Assembly (NCBI GenBank): GCA_015523565.1
Contig: WAKA01000193.1
Coordinates: 1,153 to 65,152, forward strand
DNA length: 64,000 bases
From: Candidatus Heimdallarchaeota archaeon
Lineage (GTDB): Archaea; Asgardarchaeota; Heimdallarchaeia; Heimdallarchaeales; Kariarchaeaceae
Direction: 5' to 3'
The notes under the pieces were generated by a model that saw nothing but the letters and a program-made list of their open reading frames with translations, was not told the origin of the DNA and ran no database searches. Below, piece by piece: positions 1-10,067 of the stretch (the first letter of the stretch is position 1; each line of letters begins with the position of its first letter). A program made the translations under genes and the position numbers.

Positions 1-502
1 TGGATGTCCACATGGAAACCTTCAGGTCGACATCCTGATCCCAAAATCCTGGTTTTTCCAGCCAAATCATCATTGTTTCAAAGTATTGGACATGTGTGAA
101 GTTGTCCAATAAATATAATCGGGAGTTATTGAGCACTTGATTCCACATTAAGCTTAACTCAACAGATTCACCCTTACGTAGATTTCTAATTTCAACAGCA
201 AATGATATGGAAATTTTTGTTTTGCTTCCTAGATCTGTAGTCATTTTCATTTTTTCGAATAGGACATTAACGTTGACGGGGGTTGATGAGTTGATGACAT
301 CAATTCTTGCATTCATGACGAGGTCTGCTCCATCGAGTGATTGGTTATGAATGTACCAAAGAAGGATGGGATGAGTGGAATTCCCAAGACCTTCTCGATC
401 GTAACTACGGATTGAGACATCCTTGTCAATCAGCGTGGTTGCCGACGTAGGAAGTGATGAGAACATCAAGGCGGCAATGAAGACAAAAACAAGATACTTC
501 AT
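1..502 (-). CDS. hypothetical secreted protein (partial; 3' end lies beyond window start)
   Basis: Hand translation of the minus strand from ATG at 500-502 gives MKYLVFVFIAALMFSSLPTSATTLIDKD..., a signal-peptide-like N-terminus. The frame stays open to position 1. It is absent from the ORF track because no stop lies in the window. Confidence 0.45.
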   Translation of the reverse strand, partial: MKYLVFVFIAALMFSSLPTSATTLIDKDVSIRSYDREGLGNSTHPILLWYIHNQSLDGADLVMNARIDVINSSTPVNVNVLFEKMKMTTDLGSKTKISISFAVEIRNLRKGESVELSLMWNQVLNNSRLYLLDNFTHVQYFETMMIWLEKPGFWDQDVDLKVSMWTS

Positions 503-666
503 AATTAAAGAATATGGGTACTGAATATAAATTTTCCTACAGAATATGGGAAAATAACCCAATTTTTTGTTGATTAGGAAAAATGGAAAAGGATAGACCA
601 TAAGAGTGGAAATTGTCCCAATTAATTTTTTCGAGGCATGAATTATTCATAAGAAGTAGAATGACA

Positions 667-1167
667 TCAAGTCAAGAAACGATTGACAAGCCGGATTTCT
701 TGTGTTTCATCATTGTATTCAACGAGATTGGCATTTCTCAGGTCAAAGACAGCTTGTTTCACTTCAAGCAGTCGACTGCCAGATGCTTTTGCAAGTTCAT
801 CCAGCGTATATACAGGTTTTTCACCATGCAGGATCAAAAGGATACGGACGTGGACAGATGAGTTAAAGACATCGCCCATCAAGACAAGGTAAATGTCCAA
901 AAGTTTCAGGGCATCCACATCCTTCTTTTGTTCCTTGCTGAAAGATTCCAGTTTTTCTACAGCTTCATTGAATTGTTGTTCAATATGAGTCAGTTTTGCT
1001 TGGGCATCTGAATATTTTGCCTTCAATTCAGCTAATTCTGTTTCCAATGTCTGTATTTTTTGATGGAGTTCACCCTCCGTTTGATTCCTTTCATTTTTCA
1101 CCATTTCCCAGAAGCTATTGAGCTCCTGTTGGAGGGATTTAAACTTTTCTTCGGATTTCATAACCAT
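667..1167 (-). CDS. hypothetical protein, N-terminal coiled coil plus C-terminal winged-helix-like domain
   Basis: 166-aa ORF. The N-half is heptad-rich (ELHQKIQTLETELAELKAKYSDAQAKL). The C-half VYTLDELAKASGSRLLEVKQAVFDLRNANLVEY looks like a wHTH. Overlapping plus-strand ORFs are short and low complexity. Confidence 0.5.
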   Translation of the reverse strand: MVMKSEEKFKSLQQELNSFWEMVKNERNQTEGELHQKIQTLETELAELKAKYSDAQAKLTHIEQQFNEAVEKLESFSKEQKKDVDALKLLDIYLVLMGDVFNSSVHVRILLILHGEKPVYTLDELAKASGSRLLEVKQAVFDLRNANLVEYNDETQEIRLVNRFLT

Positions 1168-1532
1168 TGATTCATAGCCATTTCTTAAAGTTGTTGACTC
1201 GCAGAATTTTCACGGACTAAAAAAAAATAAAAGTGAAAACATAGAATTTTCCAGAATGGTTCAACGTTTTTCTTGTTTTCAGTAAGTTTGGGGACATACG
1301 GCGAAGTTGAAAGATAGATCTGTTTTTTGTCAAATTCTTCGAGTTATTTCCATTACTGATAGGATTGGAAAAACTAACTGCAATTTGGGGAAACATTTTT
1401 AGGAGCATTGTATGAGTGTTTCAAGTGTATAACCGTTTTAACTTGGCAATCGTATGGGAGTGGACAATAGGGATTTAGTTAGAGAATAACAGCAATTTAC
1501 TTTGAGATCAACGATGTTTTAAACAACGATAC

Positions 1533-2684
1533 TTAGAGAAAAGGCGTATCGTGAAGCTGTTGGCCTTCATGTGTCTTGATTGCATCTACGGTGAAAAGTG
1601 CGATGAAGACAAATGTGATGAGTGCAGCCATTTTCATAGAGAGAACATATCCATTTGAGATTTGAAAGAATATGACTGCAAGGATGGGACCAATGGCCTG
1701 TGCAATGGAAAAAGAGGAATTGTAAAGACCAGTGGAGGTTCCGACACCGTCAAATTCTTTCCCCCTGATTTCTACAAGGCGTAACCCTCCGACATAAAGA
1801 AAAGCCCAAGAAAACCCAAGGAGTATTTGAGTAAGAAGCATTTGCCAAAAATTGGATGCAATGGTGAATGAAAAAAAAGCGATGGCGGAAAGAAAGTTTC
1901 CTGCAATGAACATGAACAATGGATCAAATTTGTCACCCACTTTTCCCATTACAAAAAATTGAGTGAGGGTATTTGTCAATTGTATCCAACCAATTTGTGA
2001 AGCATTAAGCCCGATGTTGCTTGTCAGGAAGAGTGCCCAATAAATCCAAATGGAGTTTGCGGTGCCATGCCTAATGGATGCCATGAGATAGATTTTCCAG
2101 TTGGCTTTCACTGCCTTTGCAAATTTTTTGTCATGGGGTTCCCTTTGGGTTATTTTAACGGATCCGCTTTTGGAAAAGAAACTGATAAGGAATGAAACAA
2201 AGAACATACCAAATGAAAGGATGAAGAGGTTATTGAGACCAGTATATTGTGCGACAAATCCTGCTGTGATGCTACCTGTTGCCCAACCAAGGGACCCAAA
2301 GGAAGACAAGCCTCCAAGCTTGGTTTTTCTGTCTGAAGCGACAGCAGTGATTGCCGCGGGATACATCCCCAATGCAATGCCATGGATCATCCTCATAATG
2401 AAGAAAGCATTGAACCCCTCTGCAAAAACATAGACATAAGACGTAATGGAGGACAAGAGAAGCCCAAGGACAAGAAATGGGCGAGGACCGATTGAATCGG
2501 TAAGCCTTCCGAAAATTGCATTGGAACAAATCATGGAAACAGAAAATGAAAGGCTAAGCAATGCAATCTGAAACTCAGTCAGGCCAACTGCCTTGAGATA
2601 AAGGACTAGGAAAGAGAAAAACACGGCAGATCCAGAATTTGCCAACCATAATTCAAATTTTAGGTCAGGGGAATTATGAGTCAC
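1533..2684 (-). CDS. MFS-type transporter
   Basis: 383-aa multi-pass hydrophobic protein with an MFS motif-A-like loop, FGRLTDSIGPRP, after TM2. Confidence 0.75.
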   Translation of the reverse strand: MTHNSPDLKFELWLANSGSAVFFSFLVLYLKAVGLTEFQIALLSLSFSVSMICSNAIFGRLTDSIGPRPFLVLGLLLSSITSYVYVFAEGFNAFFIMRMIHGIALGMYPAAITAVASDRKTKLGGLSSFGSLGWATGSITAGFVAQYTGLNNLFILSFGMFFVSFLISFFSKSGSVKITQREPHDKKFAKAVKANWKIYLMASIRHGTANSIWIYWALFLTSNIGLNASQIGWIQLTNTLTQFFVMGKVGDKFDPLFMFIAGNFLSAIAFFSFTIASNFWQMLLTQILLGFSWAFLYVGGLRLVEIRGKEFDGVGTSTGLYNSSFSIAQAIGPILAVIFFQISNGYVLSMKMAALITFVFIALFTVDAIKTHEGQQLHDTPFL

Positions 2685-2761
2685 TTGTTCAACTGTTTTT
2701 TTTGAGACATAAAAAATGATGCCTCCAACCCAAATTGATTTTCATTAAACTTGAGGGGAAT

Positions 2762-3982
2762 CTAAGACACAATTGGTTGAAGAAAGAAGAAATTATTGGC
2801 ATCAATTTCTTCATAGGCGAAGAAAGAATGAAAGGCATTGCGTAGGAATTCGATGAAATGATCACACGTTATAAGATGTGATGCATTGCAATGCCGAATG
2901 AAGCCTTGTGCACAAATCCGGGCAAGCTTAATGCCAGAACCTGAAACACTGACCACAAGGAAAAATCGTGAATTTTCCCAAACAATAATGTTTCCAAAGC
3001 CAAAGGTCATCTCATCTTTTTGTGGATTGAGAAGAAGCTCATGAAAGACAGTGTCCGTTGCAACCATGGCCATGCCGCTAAGCTTGACAGTATCAATATT
3101 CCCTCTTTGGTGGTACCCGCCAATAACCACTTGGTTGGTTTTATCCACAATCGCTACAGAAATGATTCTTCCAAGAACAGGATAGCCTTCGTCACCTTTG
3201 AGATAAAGAACAAGCTCAATGAGAAATGCAATCAGAAAAGGGAAGAAAAGGAGATTGAGAGGGGCATCCTCAATTCCGACGATACGGGTAAGGAACACAA
3301 AAATTGGGCCAATAAAAAAGGAAAAGGAGGATATGATATGTAGAGGGGAAAGAAGTTTGCTTTTTATAGACCTCATATCCCTCAATGCAATGAGAAATCC
3401 AACCATACCTACGATGTTGAAGACCATAAGCCCTCCAATGAAGATAATGCCTGAAAAAACGGGGGAATAATAGATTGGGATTGGTTGGTTAAGATCCAAA
3501 CGCAATCCAACAACCATTGCACCAGTAGCCACCCCCATTGTCACCATTAGGAATGAAACAGGAAGGTCGGGCAGTCCTTTCATGACCAGAAGTTGAAGGT
3601 TAAACATTATCATTGAAAGGGAGGCAAGTATGAACGTCAATTTAAGGAAACTCAAATTGAAGTCAATAGGCAATGGAAATATCCAGATATGAATAAACAT
3701 AAGATTTTCATAGATAATAACAGGAAATGCTAACAGGAGAGAGAGAAGAAGGAACGCATTGCTGAAATCAAAAATGGATTGTGATTTCAAGCGTTTAAAA
3801 TAGCGAAAAGCCGAAAAAGGAAACAAAAAGAGAACAAGGACATTCAAGGCAAGAGTGGTAACTCCAATCAAAAACCAAAAGACCACAAAACTATTGGAAG
3901 TTATAGGTTTATATCTTTGTTTTCCTTGACTTGGAAAAAATAACATATGGAAAGGAAAATTAGTGCAGGAGAGACCAGACAT
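2762..3982 (-). CDS. polytopic membrane protein with C-terminal Roadblock/LC7-like cytoplasmic domain
   Basis: About 270 aa of TM helices, then ISVAIVDKTNQVVIGGY...LSGMAMVATDTVFHELL...MTFGFGNIIVWENSRFFLVVSVSGSGIKLARI. This follows the beta-beta-alpha-beta-beta pattern of Roadblock/MglB domains. The call is pattern based only. Confidence 0.55.
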   Translation of the reverse strand: MSGLSCTNFPFHMLFFPSQGKQRYKPITSNSFVVFWFLIGVTTLALNVLVLFLFPFSAFRYFKRLKSQSIFDFSNAFLLLSLLLAFPVIIYENLMFIHIWIFPLPIDFNLSFLKLTFILASLSMIMFNLQLLVMKGLPDLPVSFLMVTMGVATGAMVVGLRLDLNQPIPIYYSPVFSGIIFIGGLMVFNIVGMVGFLIALRDMRSIKSKLLSPLHIISSFSFFIGPIFVFLTRIVGIEDAPLNLLFFPFLIAFLIELVLYLKGDEGYPVLGRIISVAIVDKTNQVVIGGYHQRGNIDTVKLSGMAMVATDTVFHELLLNPQKDEMTFGFGNIIVWENSRFFLVVSVSGSGIKLARICAQGFIRHCNASHLITCDHFIEFLRNAFHSFFAYEEIDANNFFFLQPIVS

Positions 3983-3995
3983 CCAGAATTTGAGA

Positions 3996-5186
3996 TTATG
4001 AATGGGATTTGAATCGTTCTATTGCCTCGTTCAATATTTCCATTTGTTTTTGAAGGGTTTTTTCCCATGTGTTTTCGGATACTTTATGATAATTTTCCTC
4101 AAGCAGTGACTGACTTTGTTCAATATTGTAAGCATGACGTATCCCTTTGGCTATTGATGCAGGAGACCTGTCGGACAGGTAAATGGCATGTTTTTCATCT
4201 AAGGCTTCAAAATAGGCGGGGATACGGGCCAAAATTGGAATACTCCGAAAAGCCATCATTTCCCAAATTACATCGGAAAGATTATCAGAGGAGGGAATTG
4301 AAATGGATGCGTCTGCAATCGCATAAAGTGTGGCCATTTCATCAAAAGGAACAAATTCAGGGACAATGGTTACTTTGTCTTTTAATTTAAGATTAGAAAT
4401 GATATCTTGAGCTTTTTGAAGGTCTGCATCAGACCCAAGCCCCCGAATCATTACAAGATGGATATCAAGATCATCAACAAGTGGCATTGCATGCAGGATA
4501 TTTTCCCAATTGTAGATGGCACGCATGGATCTGCAACTTAAAATTACAAATTTGTCCTCAGGAATATGTAGCTTTTCCTTCATGTAAGGAATTTGAGCAT
4601 TTATTCTGTCAAAGGGATATCTTTTGAAGTCAATCCCCCACGGGAGTACCTTGATCTTGTTTCTGTTAAAATGAAAATCTTCTCTTGCTTTTTTGATTAT
4701 TGCCATACTTTGTGCTTCAATGATATCTGCCCTTGCAAATGCTTGTTGGTATTCCATAGTTGTCTGAGGGTCTTTTTTTCTTTGATAAATGTCGCTACCT
4801 GCCAGAATTATAACTAAAGGCACATTTTTCAGGTAGCCTGAGACTTGACCATGGAATTGCATACCATGGACAACAATAACATCGAAATCATTTTCTTTTG
4901 CAATGGTATCGATTTTTTTTGCCAATCGTTTGTTGAATGGTGTATCACCCATTATTTTTCTAATACCGTATCGAACCATTCTAGTTAGATGATTTGCACC
5001 AAAAGGTTGCACAATGTTCATGAATGTTACATTATTATATTCAGGATAATCGCTCAAGTCATCTTTAGTGGTTTTCCCTAAATGGAGCAGAAATACATCA
5101 TTTCCAATCGCAGCCAATTCAGATGTCCATCGTTTTGTGTGTTTGGATTTTCCATTGGCAATCCAGCCAATTCTCATAATGGGCAA
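3996..5186 (-). CDS. glycosyltransferase, GT-B fold (GT4/group 1-like)
   Basis: 396 aa. The C-terminal half carries IPSSDNLSDVIWEMMAFRSIPILA, analogous to the PS..E.FG....EAMA.G.P motif of group 1 glycosyltransferases. Confidence 0.75.
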   Translation of the reverse strand: MPIMRIGWIANGKSKHTKRWTSELAAIGNDVFLLHLGKTTKDDLSDYPEYNNVTFMNIVQPFGANHLTRMVRYGIRKIMGDTPFNKRLAKKIDTIAKENDFDVIVVHGMQFHGQVSGYLKNVPLVIILAGSDIYQRKKDPQTTMEYQQAFARADIIEAQSMAIIKKAREDFHFNRNKIKVLPWGIDFKRYPFDRINAQIPYMKEKLHIPEDKFVILSCRSMRAIYNWENILHAMPLVDDLDIHLVMIRGLGSDADLQKAQDIISNLKLKDKVTIVPEFVPFDEMATLYAIADASISIPSSDNLSDVIWEMMAFRSIPILARIPAYFEALDEKHAIYLSDRSPASIAKGIRHAYNIEQSQSLLEENYHKVSENTWEKTLQKQMEILNEAIERFKSHS

Positions 5187-5284
5187 TTAAATAAAAGACC
5201 TTATTTAATATTCATTTGAAAATCCGCAATTTCGTTGAAAGAATTTCTTTCTCGGGAACAATATTGCAGATACTCTTAACAATA

Positions 5285-6889
5285 TTACAGATACTCTTTC
5301 AGGAACCAGTACGGGACATTTCCTGCATAAAGGATCTTATCATGAAATTCCTTGAGAGACAGTGGGGATTTGGTCTGCATTTCCATCAGAAGGTGCTTGC
5401 CAAGTAAATAGCTCAAGAAATATCCTGGGGAGAGGCTATACATGACCACTTCAGAACGAGCCGTTGTATTGTTGTAGCCTGTTTTTTCCATAAGGAAATG
5501 TTCCGCGGCCCCAAAGCTCAACTTGCCCGTATGCAGTCCAATATCGATTATTACACGTGTGGCCCTCCATCTCAGTGCATCAGCCAATAGGAATGACTTA
5601 TATAGGGCTTCCTTGCCGCTTGTCCTTTTGAAACCTTGGTCAAACATCATTTGTTCACAATAAAGACCCCAGCCCTCAGTGACTTCCGCCAATTTGGAAC
5701 TGTAGAGCAGTCCTGAAAACGGCACGATGTTCGCCAAGAGAGGAGACCTTGCAGGTAAAGTGTTGAGATTTTTGCATGCACCATGCACATGATGACCAGG
5801 ATATGATTCATGTGCCATCAATAGGGATTGGAAAGAATAATTATGCTCTTCAAGCATTGTGGGATCGTCGTGCGGAGTCAGGTAGAAGTAACCAGTCTTG
5901 TCCCTATCAAAGAATCCAGGGACTCCTGCCGCGGCTATTGACAGAAACCGTCTTAGAGGGGAAGGCGTATAGACGACTTTTAGGGTTTCTGGTGGCATGG
6001 TCAAGAGATCCCTTTCAATGATGAATTCTTTCGCATCCTGTGCCAATTGTTTGTAGTCATTCAATGCATCTGCAAAATTGGATGGATGTTCCGAACGTAT
6101 TTTCTTTCTTACCTCCTCGATCGTTCCGCCCAATTCATCGGCAATGGACTGAAGCTCCTGTTCAGTGCTATCAAGATATACAAATGCAAGTGATAGGACT
6201 TCCTCTAGGCTAAATGGCAATTTCCTTAGTTCAAAGAGCTTGGTATAGGCATCAGTGTTTTGCGGGAATGTTTTGATGGCATCAACACTTCCAAGCCAAT
6301 CCTTGTATGGTCTAAGTGAAGCCATGGCTTTCCTGATAGATTCCAGCAGAACGGGATAAGTCCGGAACAAACCCCCAAAGTATTCCAACAACCCATTGAA
6401 GGAGCTTACTTCTGCCATGAGCCAAAGAAGGTAGGGCTTGCGTACCCGTTGCAGGGTTGCCTCAACCATGTCATCAAGGCTCTCCAGCCGTTTTGCCACA
6501 AGCTTAAGTCGTTCTTGTTCAGGCATCCATGTTTTCATCAAAATCGAATAGCATCCTGAAAATATAATTTTTGAAAGACCAGGGACATATTCCCAGAATC
6601 TCAGTTCATCAATTTCAAATTTTGAAAATTCAAAAAACCATTTGGCAAGTTCAGCCTCCTGTCCCTCGAACTGTTCTGCTTCAGCAATCCATATCCCCAA
6701 TAACCGTGAAAGTTTTTGAATGCCTTCGGTTGACACGTCGGGCCATTTGTCTGCATAACTCATTTCCCCTTGCTGGCTTGCATAGACAGGGTTCAATTGA
6801 AGAATGGAATCATGGATATTTCTCAGCCAAGTATCGAAAGGAGACATATAAATGAAACTAGAGAAGCATTTTCTAACTGTTATGGTCAA
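5285..6889 (-). CDS. DUF885 family protein (metallopeptidase-like fold)
   Basis: 534 aa with HESYPGHHVH, matching the HE..PGHH signature of DUF885. Confidence 0.65.
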   Translation of the reverse strand: MTITVRKCFSSFIYMSPFDTWLRNIHDSILQLNPVYASQQGEMSYADKWPDVSTEGIQKLSRLLGIWIAEAEQFEGQEAELAKWFFEFSKFEIDELRFWEYVPGLSKIIFSGCYSILMKTWMPEQERLKLVAKRLESLDDMVEATLQRVRKPYLLWLMAEVSSFNGLLEYFGGLFRTYPVLLESIRKAMASLRPYKDWLGSVDAIKTFPQNTDAYTKLFELRKLPFSLEEVLSLAFVYLDSTEQELQSIADELGGTIEEVRKKIRSEHPSNFADALNDYKQLAQDAKEFIIERDLLTMPPETLKVVYTPSPLRRFLSIAAAGVPGFFDRDKTGYFYLTPHDDPTMLEEHNYSFQSLLMAHESYPGHHVHGACKNLNTLPARSPLLANIVPFSGLLYSSKLAEVTEGWGLYCEQMMFDQGFKRTSGKEALYKSFLLADALRWRATRVIIDIGLHTGKLSFGAAEHFLMEKTGYNNTTARSEVVMYSLSPGYFLSYLLGKHLLMEMQTKSPLSLKEFHDKILYAGNVPYWFLKEYL

Positions 6890-6910
6890 ACAACGTCATT
6901 TTCCTTGTTT

Positions 6911-7342
6911 TTATGCGGCACGGCTGAATTTATTCCAGAGAAAATCATCGGTTAATCCAAAAACAACAACAATTCCTGTGTAAATATGCATCAGTTCAAG
7001 GAAAATTGGCATCAAACTTGGAGGTGACGGAAGAAGCAATGGAAGAATAAGTGTAAGAAGTACGACTATTATTGAGATAACACGGATGCGTGCAATGGGC
7101 TTTTGCATTCTGATAAGCATAAAGAAGGCAGAATAGCCAGCAAGCAGGAACAATGTTGTAAGGAATATCACGTTCACTTCAGTTAGCGGTTGAGTGCCTG
7201 TGATGTAGTAGTCACTTGGAAATGCACCCAGTGCCTTCCCTATATAGAATATCACTAGATTCCCAACCAACGAAACTACGTATAATAAGACAGCAATGAT
7301 TGAAAAAGAACGGTTTTCGAATTTTTCCAGTTCGAGAAGCAT
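6911..7342 (-). CDS. small integral membrane protein (about 4 TM), last gene of the PadR operon
   Basis: ORF 6911-7531 trimmed to Met64 (MLLELEKFENRS...) so that it does not overlap the upstream gene ending at 7389. It is hydrophobic throughout. The start is uncertain. Confidence 0.4.
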   Translation of the reverse strand: MLLELEKFENRSFSIIAVLLYVVSLVGNLVIFYIGKALGAFPSDYYITGTQPLTEVNVIFLTTLFLLAGYSAFFMLIRMQKPIARIRVISIIVVLLTLILPLLLPSPPSLMPIFLELMHIYTGIVVVFGLTDDFLWNKFSRAA

Positions 7343-7388
7343 ACCCCATATGATATCAATATCATGAAAAACATTTTGATTGGGGAGA

Positions 7389-8102
7389 TTAACGTGAAAA
7401 GGTGATTTTCTTTCGCAGGGCATCAAAAATATCCAGATAGAAATGCTTGGCTTGATTTGACAGGAGAAGTGAAATTGATAGAAAGAGAGATGTGAAAATG
7501 GAAAAATTTGGGGAATCATTGAATAAAGCATAGATCAACATTATTTGTGGAATAAGAAGCTGATGATGATCCAATCTAAGAAATCTTTCCAAATATGCAT
7601 TGTGTTCAAATACAGGTCGTGTACGGATGATGAGATACCATACGGTTGAGAACATGAAAAACAGGACATGAACCTGATAAAAGAAGAAACTCTCATAATT
7701 GATGAGGTCAAGAACTACAAAAGATATTCCGAAAATCGTGGAGAGCATTGACATTGTCCGATAGATCATTATTGTCTGTTCTGCATTTATCGTAAGTTCG
7801 GTTGCATTCATTGGCTTTCCCTTGGCTTGGTTCATGACCTCAAATTCCTCTTTCAGCACTTGTTCCACCAATTCAGGTTCACCAAATTTTTTGATCGCTG
7901 ATCTTACGAGATCGGTGGTGACAATGTTCCCATCGCCAGCCTTTATCTTGCAATTTTCAATAATATGTTCCCTAACCTCCATCAACACGTCATGGATTTC
8001 CTCATCACTCAGGTGGGATCGTCTCAAAGATTCCCCATAACTCTTGATGTAATGCTCAAGCATTGCATTCGCTTCTTGAGTAAACAAAGAGTTCTCCATC
8101 AT
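7389..8102 (-). CDS. DUF1700-like N-terminal domain fused to a 4-TM membrane domain
   Basis: Trimmed to MMENSLFTQEANAMLEHYIKSYGESL...EEIHDVLMEVREHIIEN...AIKKFGEPELV, a DUF1700-type helical domain. Its ATG overlaps the upstream stop as ATGA (8099-8102). Confidence 0.6.
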   Translation of the reverse strand: MMENSLFTQEANAMLEHYIKSYGESLRRSHLSDEEIHDVLMEVREHIIENCKIKAGDGNIVTTDLVRSAIKKFGEPELVEQVLKEEFEVMNQAKGKPMNATELTINAEQTIMIYRTMSMLSTIFGISFVVLDLINYESFFFYQVHVLFFMFSTVWYLIIRTRPVFEHNAYLERFLRLDHHQLLIPQIMLIYALFNDSPNFSIFTSLFLSISLLLSNQAKHFYLDIFDALRKKITFSR

Positions 8103-10057
8103 TGTGTACCCTCCATTTGTTGTATTGAAATAGCACCGTCTCTTACAAGAGAGGCAAGAATTCTTTGGACTTGATGAGTATCCAAGTTGCCAATTGGTTG
8201 TACCAAATGAGATTTGGAGACAAGCCCCTGATTCAAAAGCCAATAATCCAACACAATCCTGTAATTTCGGAAATAAACATATTTGGCAACCATTTCAATT
8301 AAAAATGCAACGAAGAAACCAAGTGACAATAAACTAAGAAAATCAGGAATATCTGAGTCAAAAGGTTCACTATAAAATACCATATAGCTGACATACCCTA
8401 TGGAAACAAGCAATGAAATTAAAGATAAAATGAAGAAAACGCTCAAACGGATTTTTTTGTAATATTTCTTTGAGGCTTGGGGATTGACGCTGAGATGGAC
8501 TGTTGATTGGTCTTGAGAAGAAATTGTAGGATCTGTCGCCATATCTGTTGTGGTGTTGGTAGCCAACCTAGAAATAATATTATTAAAGGCAGGCTTGACT
8601 TTGTGATCACGGAAAATATAGAGAATGATGGCCAATGCTGGTGACAAATAGATACCCATTTCGATAAAAGACCGTATAGGATAGAAATAATAATAATTGG
8701 CGTAAAAGATATCAAAAATCGCAACAATAAGAATGAATAACATAAAAAGGGGAGGTACAAAAACAACAACATTTTTTGCAATGGAACGATATATGTTATC
8801 TTTAGAAATATGACCTACTAGAATATCATAAATTTGAAGAATCCCTATGAAAACAATAAATTGCAAAAGAAAGATCATAAGACCATAATCATAAGCGTCA
8901 AAACCGTAATAAGTATAGAACTGTCCAAATATAAAATGAAAGACCAAAAGGTAATAGAAAGCAATATTGGCTGAGGAGGCGGAATATGATATAGCCTTTA
9001 CAACCAATAGAGTTCCAAAGAAGGAAAGAAAGAAAAAGAAATAGAGAATGGGCATATTGGAAAGATAAAGAGCCGCGGCAATTTCTATAATGAAAAGAAA
9101 TGCAATAAACAGGAGATATACCCTTTCCCAAGTCATTCCATTTTTTAACTTGATATCCCCCTTTTTCCAGATCACTTGGCTTACAACGGTGAAAATTACA
9201 GGAAGCCATCCCATAATTGGAATAGCCACAAACGGTGCATAAAGTGCAATTGCATAGGCCGCAAAAATGTCGACAATATGGAACAAGTATCCAGAAACCA
9301 TTAGTAAGACCAGTTTTTCAATTGATTTCCCTTCATATATCCATGCAACAGCAATTCCCAAAAGTACAGTAATTCCAAATGTAAAGGGATTCTGATCAAA
9401 ATTGACTATGTCACCAAAATCCATTCTAATAGATGCCAAAAACAAAGTGAAATAGAATCCAAAATGGAAAGAGGCAAATAGAATAAGTGATGAAACTGGA
9501 GAGATATTTGAATATCGGTAGATTCCATACGCAGCAATCCCTCCAAACAGTATCCCAGATACAGTAAATTCTACGGAAAAGACCTCATTGAAAACAACAC
9601 TCATAACAAGAAAAATTGCATAAAAGGAAAGAACAATAAATGCAGGGATTTTACGCAGTATTGCACCCCATTGAATTGGATTGGGAGAAGGTGACTGGTA
9701 ATTGGATGTCTCTGCAATTCCGATCACAGCCTCATCCATTGCTTCGCTAGTACTCCCTGTTTCAGCCGTTTTCTTTAACCAATCCAACCGAATTGTCAAA
9801 ACAGGTTCCTTTCTTTCTTTTTCAAAAAGTGCATGGACTGCCTTTTTCCTTACCTTTTGCACAATGTTCCTGACATTATAGGATCCAATCCATTGGTACT
9901 CTTGTTCAATTTTTTGGAAGATCTCCTCTCGGTATCTGGTGAGGATGTCTTCGATTTCCTTTTCATCAGAGATGTCATGTTTTGCCTCCAGCATCTCCTT
10001 CAGATCACGAATGAAATTATGTATGATATTTAGCTCATTTGGAGTCAGACCATTCAT
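8099..10057 (-). CDS. large polytopic membrane protein with DUF1700-like N-terminal domain
   Basis: Trimmed to Met31 (MNGLTPNELNIIHNFIRDLKEMLEAK...), 11 nt after the padR stop. About 120 aa of helical cytoplasmic domain are followed by many TM helices. Confidence 0.6.
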   Translation of the reverse strand: MNGLTPNELNIIHNFIRDLKEMLEAKHDISDEKEIEDILTRYREEIFQKIEQEYQWIGSYNVRNIVQKVRKKAVHALFEKERKEPVLTIRLDWLKKTAETGSTSEAMDEAVIGIAETSNYQSPSPNPIQWGAILRKIPAFIVLSFYAIFLVMSVVFNEVFSVEFTVSGILFGGIAAYGIYRYSNISPVSSLILFASFHFGFYFTLFLASIRMDFGDIVNFDQNPFTFGITVLLGIAVAWIYEGKSIEKLVLLMVSGYLFHIVDIFAAYAIALYAPFVAIPIMGWLPVIFTVVSQVIWKKGDIKLKNGMTWERVYLLFIAFLFIIEIAAALYLSNMPILYFFFFLSFFGTLLVVKAISYSASSANIAFYYLLVFHFIFGQFYTYYGFDAYDYGLMIFLLQFIVFIGILQIYDILVGHISKDNIYRSIAKNVVVFVPPLFMLFILIVAIFDIFYANYYYFYPIRSFIEMGIYLSPALAIILYIFRDHKVKPAFNNIISRLATNTTTDMATDPTISSQDQSTVHLSVNPQASKKYYKKIRLSVFFILSLISLLVSIGYVSYMVFYSEPFDSDIPDFLSLLSLGFFVAFLIEMVAKYVYFRNYRIVLDYWLLNQGLVSKSHLVQPIGNLDTHQVQRILASLVRDGAISIQQMEGTQ

Positions 10058-10067
10058 TTGTGTTTCG

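Noticed and set aside
1217-1408. 63-aa minus-strand ORF in the 1168-1532 spacer
   Set aside because: The product is low complexity, with no SD or TATA context and no motif. It is more likely noncoding spacer between two minus-strand genes.
8103-8243. N-terminal extensions of ORFs 7389-8243, 8099-10147, 6911-7531, 12580-13809, 17666-19261, 40452-41783, 41743-42969 and 57657-59090
   Set aside because: The extensions overlap the preceding gene or a promoter region. Internal starts give canonical N-termini (DUF1700 domain, NuoD GPQHP, signal peptides) with SD sites or ATGA/TTGA coupling.
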